From Bugula neritina (taxonomy: Eukaryota; Animalia; Bryozoa): 64,000 bases of DNA. A program made the position numbers and the translations under genes. The notes beneath the pieces are model-generated. The model did not search any database, was not told the origin of the DNA, and was given only the letters and a program-made list of their open reading frames with translations. Position 1 is the stretch's first letter. The number at the start of each line of letters is the position of its first letter. Of this stretch, positions 35,908 through 46,600 are shown in pieces. Location of the stretch: NCBI GenBank assembly GCA_964035545.1, contig OZ037770.1, positions 1,302,001 to 1,366,000 of the forward strand. Direction: 5' to 3'.

Positions 35908-38265
35908 TTAATATGACTCATTGGTGTAGCTCAGTGCTTCCTCTAGCTTAGTGGTTATGTCATACTCATCCCATGGTGCAATAGGCTGTGATATCACCTT
36001 AATTTGTCCTTGGCCATCTCCATTACCGTCAACTGGGTTTTCAGAATAATATTTATGTGCAATGTGTATGTTTTCCTGCAAAAAATGTTGGGTATATGCT
36101 AAACATTGATTTTAAAATTATATGCTGAGTAGAATGGCAGATATAAATATTTTTGATAAACATTTCTTCATTATTGGCTTCCTTGAATCGCAAAATGTCA
36201 TATCAGTAAAAATTCACCAATAGAGTTATGTCAGGAAAACGAAGCAAGAGCTTAATGTTTTTATTCAGTGAAATTTAATTTAATTGTTTATTTACATTAA
36301 TTAGCCTATTTTAAAAGTATTTTATCATTTTTTCAATAATGAAAAACATGAAAATGCAAACAACTGCATGCGTTGTAAATTCTATAAAGATGAAATAACT
36401 GATGACATAATGGACTTGAAGATGATAAAAGAAAATAGATTAGATAATAAATTTCAATAGGTTTAAATATAAACATGCAACTACAAAAAGCAGCATATTT
36501 GAGCAGAAAACCTAAAAGGTAACTAAAAGAAACATAATTAAATTTAATTTCTTATATCAAGAATAAATGTTGTAAACTAACCCAGCCCCCTTTGATGTCT
36601 ATAAATGCTGTATTAACAAAGGAATCTCTCAAAAAGTCAATAGTTGACTGTACCACAAACACCAGCCTGTCTGTCTGTAAGTCCTGCTGACTCACGATAC
36701 CTTCACAGATCTCTCCAGATACAAAGAGCAACTACAGAGTGTCGGAACAAAGAAACATGTGACTCCTACCAGATAGAAACTGCTGACATACGCAATTTAC
36801 TGAAACTGTTTTTTTAATGAAATGCAGAGCTTTAAAACAAACGATGTGCTAATGCTTTATGTATATATTGATTTCACTATCCCTGCATGTACTACTCAAC
36901 CAGTTAGCATGTCCTGTGCACAATAAAACATGTTTACCATAGTATGCCATATAAACTTACCAACATAACTTTATTCCAGTCTGGGTCACTCCCCTCAGGA
37001 AAAATGTAGTGCTGTATAAACTTATAGAACTTGTTCTTTAGTTCAGGAGTTGCATTTCCTTTGAGGAGACAATAAGCTTCACGTAAAAGAATTTGTACAT
37101 TGTCATACATTGGCTTTTTCATAGCTAGTCTGCCTGAAATTATGCAAATAGGTGTTTTATTTTTGTTTTCAGCAAATGCATTTGTAAAATTTCAAATGGT
37201 TGAATTGAAAAAAGATATAAACTTGCGGTATCTAATTTAATTACCGTTGTGAAATTCATAGTTATTGCAAAAGATTAACACACAAAGAGTACTTAAAATT
37301 AAGTTTGCCACAAAAAACTATTATTTCTAAGCTATTTTTATTGTAAACATCTAATTAGATTGAAACTGTATTACTTTATATTATGTAATCTATGACTTTC
37401 TACAATTTTTACATATGCCTGCATATTATAGAAGCTATAGATCAAGACCTTAAAAGAAATAAAATACTTTGATGCAAACTAACAGTCGAAAAACCAAAAA
37501 AATTCAAAATTCAATTCTTTTGCTTTTAGAACACTAAAAAGAAACATGATTGACATGCACTGCGTATAGGCAGAGTATTTGAAACACACATATATTATAC
37601 AACACACATGCAGTTCATATATAATTGTCTTCTGTCACTGCGTACTATTAATACACACTTTGAGAACAAAAAGTTATTCAATCAGAAACAAATGCGATAC
37701 GGTTTTAAGTCACTTATTCCTCGCAGGTTATAAATGTAATGCTTTTTGACTGCCACAAGTAAAAGTTTTGTTTTTTCTCAGACTATGAGTATAATTTGAC
37801 TATAGTGCTCACCAAAGGATCTGATGATGTCACAAGGCCTGGTATTTCCCACATCAAAAAAGTTAATAGAAGACAACTCTTCGGGCAAAAGGCCAACATC
37901 TTTACACCTGAGTAAGAACATAATATATCTAAATGATTTTAAAATCTAGTTTATATATATCTGATCCCTTTCATCACGCTTTGCCATTATAATTCAAAAA
38001 ACTATAAAATTTCTTTTCATAATTTACTTGGTGAAAATTTTACATAAAAAACTTATAGTCGCAGTTGCTATATTTAACATTTGAGCTGATTAATGAAAGT
38101 TCGCATATTTTGCGGATGAATCATGATAAAATTAAAAATGAGTTATAAGATGAGTCATAATTAACACAGAATCACCTACCGGTGGTAAATATAAGAAGCT
38201 ACAACATCTCGAGTGCTCAGTTTCAGGCTAACTTGGCTAGTTTGACGGGGATGCTCTTGTGTCAT
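35908..38265 (-). CDS. Divergent Bcl-2 family protein A (BOK-like), 223 aa, no C-terminal TM
   Basis: Exons 38265-38180, 37907-37813, 37133-36961, 36731-36582, 36075-35908 (672 nt, in phase). BH4 STRDVVASYIYHR, BH3 CDIIRSFGRL..PMYDNV, BH1 HYIFPEGSDPDWNKVMLLLFVSG, BH2 FIDIKGGW. Confidence 0.82.
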
Positions 38266-38810
38266 TTTAAGTTATTTCAAGTAAGTAAATTCAACAATAA
38301 AAATTTTTTTTTTCAAAATAATTATTGGCTAATGCCTTTTTGTTTAAAATGTAGACTGTTTGAATTTCATAAAAAAATTTCTTCAACTATTATTTAAATT
38401 TTTAACATTCCTGGGCTTTCCGCATGAAAATAAAATGTTGATCTAAATTGTTATTGTCTTTTTTAATTAATTACTCACACATACATAAATTATTTACATT
38501 ATTTTATTACTAAATCAAATTACTAATCCATCACTTTAATGATTATATCTGTATTATCGTTAGAAATTTTTTATACAATATTTACTATATATTAGAATTT
38601 TTATTATAGTACATCTTTTTAGTCTTATGATAGATATCTTTGCATCTTCCAAAAATAATAGTTCATTTATACAAAATATCTTATTACAATTATTGATCAA
38701 CCAAGTATATTAAAAAAAGTTAGCATTCTAAAAACAATATATACGGCAGCATTTTAGAGCGGTCAGCAGGCTAGCAAAATCATACTGCTGAAATTAGTAT
38801 ATGATTTACA

Positions 38811-39009
38811 AGGGAGCAGCTGTGGTCTAGGGGTTAGAGCATTTGCCTAGTAAGCATGAAGTCATGGGTTCGAGCGCAGACAAAGGCCATTGGTGATGTT
38901 AGGAAGAGCATCCAGTCATAATTGCTCCTGCCGTACATGCCTCATTTAACAAAAACTCTTTTCATCAGGGGTTTCTCACAGGGACACTGACTATAAACTT
39001 GCATGAGTT
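38811..39009 (+). mobile_element. tRNA-derived SINE, family 1
   Basis: GGGAGCAGCTGTGGTCTAGGGGTTAGAGC..GGGTTCGAG..TGGTGATGTTAGGAAGAGCATCCAGTCATAATTGCTCC..ACTATAAACTTGC. Confidence 0.88.
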
Positions 39010-39320
39010 TTTTTAATATTATTCACAAATTTTGGCATACTTTTAGAGAAAATTTATTCTGATTCTCAACCACCAATTCAATTGCACGTCTGTATCAATG
39101 AATTATTAAGTTTTATTAAGCTATAATTGCATTATCAATTATAATACATGACTTCCATGCAAGTAGTTGTGTCAGAAATCTGCTATAGAGCTGTTGCATA
39201 ATTCATCTTGGTGAAGCTTTGTTCTGGGAAGGTTTCTACTGACATATTATTGCATAACATATTTACTTTTTCTGGCCACTATATTTCTACGGCTTTGCCA
39301 ACAGCTAACTCTAGTACTTG

Positions 39321-39839
39321 CACCCATTAAACTATAACCCCCTTATAGTTTCAGTTCAGTGCTTGCACCATTACTGGCATACATATGGTATTGTTTAGAT
39401 TATCATTCAAAAAGAGGAAATAAACAGATTTGATTGAAAATTGCTTTTTTGTACGCACATATAATCCTAAACATTATTGCTATGTTAGCGAAATATAATA
39501 ATCACATTTAGCTAAAAGTAGCTAAAATAATATATTATTGAATTGAAAACAAAATGCAAAAGTACATGGTGCTATTTCACCGTTCCAACAACGGCTCTTT
39601 GAATATTTATAGTATAATTTGTACTAAAATAAGTAGTTCAATTACTTTTAAAGGCGTATAATTATAGTAAAACTCACTCTAAGAATGTATAGGTATTAGG
39701 CTTTAATAATAAATGTTCCTTAGTTTCACCCTAGAAATTCTACGGAGTTGTCTTTCCAATAATGTAAATACAAATATTGCTCATAGTGTAGTTCACTGAA
39801 CTGAAACTATAACCCTAAGGGGATTATAGTTCATTGGTG
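39321..39839. mobile_element. Non-autonomous DNA transposon (MITE) with ~45-bp imperfect TIRs
   Basis: Left end CACCCATTAAACTATAACCCCCTTATAGTTTCAGTTCAGTG; right end reverse complement CACCAATGAACTATAATCCCCTTAGGGTTATAGTTTCAGTTCAGTG; no ORF. Confidence 0.7.
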
Positions 39840-40636
39840 TAGTTAGCAGGTGTCACGTGGGTGGTTAGTTATAAGAATAGGCTAGTTAAGTTATATATAA
39901 TTGGGCAAACAAACAATATGTCCCAGCTGCTGTAAGTACTCTATATTGTACATCTGCTCTAAGAACATTCTAGAAAGCTGTTTTGAAATTGCAACTCTTG
40001 TATTTGTTAATGTCATGACTCAAAAGGGTGTCAGAAAGATATAATTAAAACTGATAAACAATAATTTCAGTAATACACTATGAAAGACTATATATACAAT
40101 AACTTTCATTCACAGTCCCAATTATGATTAAAATTCTGCTTTGGGTGCTTTATGAAACATTTAGCATAAATTGTAAAATTTAAAAGTACAAAAATATTTA
40201 AATTGCTAGAAGCAATAAAAAATCTTATATTGTTGTAGTAAATGATAATTTTGAAAAACAGAAAAATGATATACGCAGCAGTTTGACAAGAGAAAGCAAC
40301 TCTCTCTGTACCTTTAGGTTATATAAAACTAGAAAAGATGGTTAGAGAACTGATAAATACATGATATGAACCAGATATGTATTTTCCTATACTTTACACT
40401 ATATTTCCTGTATAAATAGTCCAGTAATCCTACTATGTACAATAAAATAATAGTTTGATGGAATGACTGATGAAACTATTTTTGAAAAAAACAAAGAATT
40501 AATATTTAGCAGACTGTGCTCTCTATTTTAAAAAGAACAACGCTTCTGCATGTCAATCAAAGTATAGAATTTCTCTAGCATAGACTGGGTACTTGTTAAA
40601 ATTTTTAATTAAGGGTGATTAAGTCACTGTCTCGTC

Positions 40637-43600
40637 TTACACAGCTTCATGAACTGTAAACTTTTTGTCTAAGCTGTGAATAATTCTATCCGGTTGATTA
40701 GGAGTTGTGGGTTTAGAGATCAGACTCGGACTCGGACTGCTACTCCCCCTACTAGAGTTGCTGCCCCTAGAAGTGGTACTCGGTCGGCGGAGCGAGGGGG
40801 GAGGCGGGACTTTCAAGGTACACGGGAGAAGCTCCGGCATTATCGTGTGGTGAATCACCAAGGAAGAGAGATTGTTCCACTCCTTCTCCAAACCCTGCAC
40901 ACAAGAACAAATAAGAAGTTCTAATACATTCTTCTATCCAAACAATTCCTTTGTATAAATATTAGTTAGAAAAACTTTTGTATACAGAGAAAATTATGTA
41001 TTGAGCCTAGATTCAGTTGCTATATCTTGGAAAGACATTTGTTAGTTATCACTAGTTATCACTGTTGTCATTAGGAACTAGAAATCAGGAAAAGAGAAAA
41101 GTAAAAGCAAATTGCTAAACTGCATATTTTGAAAAACAATCAAACCGTTTGCCAAACGAATGTATTTTGAAACAACGAAAGGTTGTGTTATGAGGATTAT
41201 AAATTATTGAACGGGTATTGAGGTTTCCAAATCTATCAAAGTCATTTATTGGTGATGCCAAGAAAAGCATCTAATCATAACAGCTCTTGTGTTACAATCC
41301 ATCATTCTACATTGCCAACATGGCAAAGGACGCAATCGTTAGCTTGCTTATAAATTTTCCTGATCAGTTGTTCCCGAAAGGATTGAACATAAATTTGTTT
41401 TGCATTGTCAAAAAAAGCAATGCTGGAAAATATTGAATATTTAACATAATCGGCAAAAATGGCAACATTAAAGTTCTGCATTTAATTGGAATAAAAAAAT
41501 GTTATTATAAATTACCGCAAAATTAATGTTCTATCCATATTAATTAACGCAAATGGAATTTGTACTAATTGTAAGATTAAAATTGAGAAATCAGTCGTCT
41601 AGCATGTTAAAAGAACTCAACACATAAAACTCATATTGATTTTATTTCCAATAATTTTCAAAGTTCAACGCATCAACACCAAATTATTTTCAAAATCGCA
41701 TACCTTTATTTTAAAGCCTTGTGAAGGTGTGCGGTGTATAATGTAATGTGCAATCCCAGATGGGTTGTTGAATTTCGGAACTTTGACTGAAAGAGCAAAA
41801 CAGGAAGTGTGGGTTGAACTTTCTCGAATGATGAAGGAGCCCAAGTCTTCTCTGGACAGCTTCTGCAACACTTCCTCTCTGTAAGCAATTAGCAGACGTT
41901 GATGATTGATTGCGAGTCACAAGATATTGAGTACGAATCAGTAAATCAAAGTGAGTCAACCGCTATGAGTCATAGATAGTTGTGAATTAAAACTCATAAC
42001 CTGAAAATTTATGGTAAGTAAACACAAGAATTATAAAAATGTATTGTGCATGAATCATCACTTATATGCAAAGATTTTTCAAGTGGGCTCATAACAATAT
42101 GGCCGCTTAGAAGGGTTGCTAAGCAACAAAATAGAAGCAACTGACTGACTGACTGACTTGTACATACTTTGACAAACATTATATCTTTAATTCCTTCAAT
42201 ATAATATGGCAACTGCAACTAAGCCAGAAAAGTTTGTAGGGTGGATTGCATTTAATAAAGTTAGGAATATTTCAGGAAGTTGAGACAACAAGTAAAGTTG
42301 AAGCAAGCACAGTTCTGAATAAAAAAAAATTGTTATATTAGTTTACATGAAAAGGTACGACAACTCTAAATTATCTATTTACTAGTATCTCAATTGTACG
42401 AGCGTTAGTGATTGTTACCTCCCCACAGTTAAAAATACTTCAGTTCCTTTACTTTGAGATTATTCTTCTAGATTTTTCTTTTATAATCAACAAGAACAAA
42501 ATTAAGTTTAACTTTTGTTGGGAATTTATATAAGCTGGGAAAGCTTTTCCCTAATGCATGATAGCTTTTCACATATCATCTCAGCTATATTATACTTTTT
42601 CCACATTCATTATGGCTACTACACAAAAGCTAACCTTTTTGACTAGAATAAAAACCCATCATTTTTCACTTATCCACACACTCGAGTCTCACTTTCAACT
42701 TATAATATAACCATTTTCACGTTGCTATTTTTTTCAGCCTTCGACAATAAATATTTCTATACACTAAAAACACAAAAACTTTACTTTAGAACCAGCAAAG
42801 CCCACCGTTTTAAAACCTTAGTATAATTGAGCTAAAATCAAAACACTAAAAATAAACAACTATTTATCGAAATTCTGTGGTAAAAAGTAAAGCAAAGAGA
42901 AAAGAGTTGCTATCTAATTAATACGTCATTCATTAAGGGAAGGTATTTGCAAGTATAATTGTGAGTGTAGAGCTCCACCCCTTTTATTGATTAGTCTGCA
43001 TACTCAACGGAGTAGATGCGATTTTGATTATGACGAATGGTCAGAGATAGTTGAAGTGCACACCATCTGTCCTTTACTAGCACTTACGACGCAACAAAGG
43101 TAAACCAGTGCAAAGAAATGGCACATTAATAACATTCGGTGGCAAATAGCAATGTCTAATATTAATGGCAATCGAGCAAGCTTGCTCCTGGCAAAATCCA
43201 TCTTTTTAAATTAAAGTAGAAGTGAAGCAAATCTAGATTAATGGTAGTTTCTGCAGTCGTGAGTTGAGTGGCACGAAATCTTTATAGAATTCAGCAAAAG
43301 ATCTGTTTGAGCACAAATATGCGCACAGTTGTCAGAGTGAATAAAAAATGACACTCAACTATAGGTTAAGATTTACTAGTAAAAGTTTTTAGATTTTACA
43401 ATTTCTAATTACAAGAAAAACTTGAAACAGCAATAGCAATCAAAGCATCAACTGGTATTTTAGGCTTCATGCAACTAAGGCAACACGATTTTGAATGAAA
43501 TCGCTTTTGGCAATGTCTTTCAAAAGTTTTACAACTAGATCCACCGCCTTTTCTAAACATTATCAGATAGCCTTCCAAATATATTTTAGACAAAAATAAA

Positions 43601-46600
43601 TCAGTGAAAAACTGTTAGCTGAATGCCGAGATAAACTACTGATTAGTTGACAAGTTAGCTTGCTGAAAGACTAAGTGATTAGTTTAAGTAACAGAAACTG
43701 ACATAGATTACCTAATCAATTGACTTACTAAATAACAGACTGACTAACTCAATGACTGACACATATGGCTGGCTCAATGACTGACACATATGGCTGACTC
43801 AATGACTGACACATATGGCTGACTCAATGACTGACACGTATGGCTGACTCAATGACTGACACATTGACTGATAGACTGACTAAAAGACTGGCTCTCTGAC
43901 TCAGGTAAATCTGCCTGAATAGTCAATACAAAACTCACCGATTTAGTTTAGGCTGGAACCACGGGACTTGCTTGAGAAGTTCTTCTGCATTCCTCTGTTT
44001 ATCGTCTGCTGATTGAGTTTCCAGTTGACTTGAGGGTGACTTGGTGAAAGATCTGCAAACAGAATTTGTTAATTCAGGGATTATAAGAATAACAAAGTGT
44101 CTAGGAATTAAGCAATGCAATGCTCCAACGAACTAGATTTGCATAGACCTTTTAACGTTTCTGAAAACCGAGAGCAAATAGCAAATAATGCACATAATTT
44201 AAATGTTTAATTCATTAGGATGACATTTGGCCTTTGATAATCGATTTAAATATATTCAGATGTATTTATTACCATTAATTCTGTTATTGCACTCTAATTT
44301 TGATTTGCAATTCACAGATGAATACATAGCAATTATTATGAGTATATAATCACAAAGGCCAGTTTTAACACTTGAGTTATAGAAACTTCCAACTGCCAAG
44401 AAATGGACACCAACTTGTTAGAGTTATTGTAAGCTTTTAGCAATACTGACCAACCGTGCAGTCTTTTTAACTAAATGCAAAAAAGTAATAAGTACTTTTT
44501 CATTCAAACAGTGTTAGCAGATATAATGCTAATGGTTATGTCTAGTTTAGTTTGATGGTGGAAAACTGGTCAGACTTCTACTAGAAGCTTTACCAGTCTC
44601 TTCATGATGCAGACAGTACTCGAAGTTGACAAAATCTGCGGTTGTCACATTTAACCACAGTCTGAGTCAATGGTATTACAGTCATTAATTTATTTGTCTG
44701 TAATGCTGGGGACACATCAGTTTCTGTAGTTCCTTATCTTACCGTTGGTTCAAGGTAAACCGACTTTACCATTTGCTGATAAAAGCTTCAAGTTTACTCC
44801 TAGCCACGAGTTGCAGTAATTTTACACGCAAAAATCATGGTGGTAAAACTAAATCAATTGTTAGTCATTTGCTTTCTGTAAAGAAAGGTTTTAGTAAATC
44901 AATGTAACTTAATGCCATTTGAACCTTGCGACTTGTGACGTGAAACTTTCAACTATAGTACAAACAAAACAACCTTCACATTTTGTTTTGAAAGTTATGG
45001 TTGTTATAATCCAACTTCACATAATTTGTTTTTCTTTTTTATATTTATTATTTAGCAGAAAGCGATTAGGGCAATTGCACAATACATGACTGGTGCGTTT
45101 TTTAGATTGAAATGCATCTTCCATGCAGGTAGGGTTTGAAAAAGTTCAAGTCCTGGTCACCAAAATACACATCAATTCAACATAAAATGCAATGAAAGCG
45201 CCTGAGGTTTGGTGCCAGATTGCTAGGAGATGCCAACAGAAGTGGCTATAAATACAAGCAGTAACTAAGGGATGTTAGTTCTCGCGTTACTATCTGGTGT
45301 ATGGCCAAATTGCTTAATATTTTCTAGAGGAAACATATTTTAGCATTAGAGACGAGTTGTTGAGAAGTCAAAGTGGTAGCTGAGCATCAATCATAGAAGA
45401 GAAGTCTTGCTGCTGCTGTTGAAATGTGCACCCAGTAAATGTCTTACATTCTTGTGTAACTCAAGCGTTCACTTTACATGGTAACCATGAATGTGCTTCA
45501 CAGAGTTGAATCCAAACTTAAAAGTTAATGTGTTTTTATTTCTGTGTAAATCAAGCAGTTCAAGTAGTAATTTTTCATTAGCTGAAATCCTGATACATAA
45601 AAATTTCAGCTCATACAATCTTTTGCATATATAACAGTCAAAAAATATGATTCTACAATTAAAAAGGGCAATAATAGATGAGGAAATTTTGCGTTCTTTC
45701 TATTTATCCCTTAAGAATTATTTAGAATAACTATTTTGATTTTTTAAAAAGTATTTTTTTACGTCATACATGTAAATATTTCTATGTCAAAAAAGTGGCA
45801 AAGTTTTCAAATAAGTATTTTGTTAATGAAAAGGCAAAAAAATGTTTCACCATTTTCAATAACAGCCATAAATATCGAGCACACTTTTTTGATGTATCAT
45901 TGGGCTGAACAGGAAAGCTGATGAAGTGCCAGGACTCTATGTTAATAAACACCTATACTATTAAAGGGCGTGTTCGCACTTCTTGTGCAGGCAACTGACA
46001 GTTGAAACACATTTGGGTTACCAATGGTTGCCAAGAGAAGTATAACTACAGCGCCCGTAGGCTCCTAAATCGGATCTAATAACAGTCCTAGTGAATTTAT
46101 GTCAAAAGAGGGAGCCTTATATCGTTTGTACTCAAGCTCTTGTATAGATGAGCTAAAAAACTTATATTTTCACCACACTTAAAAGAGAAATGTAATGCAA
46201 GGCAAAACCCTTCTTTTTGGTATCTTTACAATTAGCAAAATTTCAGTTTATATTCAGATTACTAAATCCACCCTACAAAAATGAGAGTTGGTAAAATTAT
46301 CTTTCTTTGGTAAGTTTGATAGCTTTGCTAAAGCTTTTCTATAAAAAATAATCATTTTTTGTTTATTCCAAAAAAATTATTATCTTGAAGTATTATTTTA
46401 TATTGATTGAGTGATTCAAAAACACTTAAGTTAGTGCATTCTGCTGTTGTCATAAAAATGCTCAACTTCATAAATCTTAATAAATTTTTCAAAGTTTATG
46501 ATGTCTTCATCCAAGGAAAAGCTTTTTCCGGAGATAAAACAATGACTGCCTTTTCAAGTTATGATCATTAACATAACTCATAGAGAGATTTGAGAATGAC

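Noticed and set aside
37813-37899. Signal-peptide-like reading MLAFCPKSCLLLTFLMWEIPGLVTSSDPL
   Set aside because: Ends in phase 0 and hits stops at every acceptor of the next exon; another frame of the same 95-nt exon encodes the BH3 region and matches the paralog
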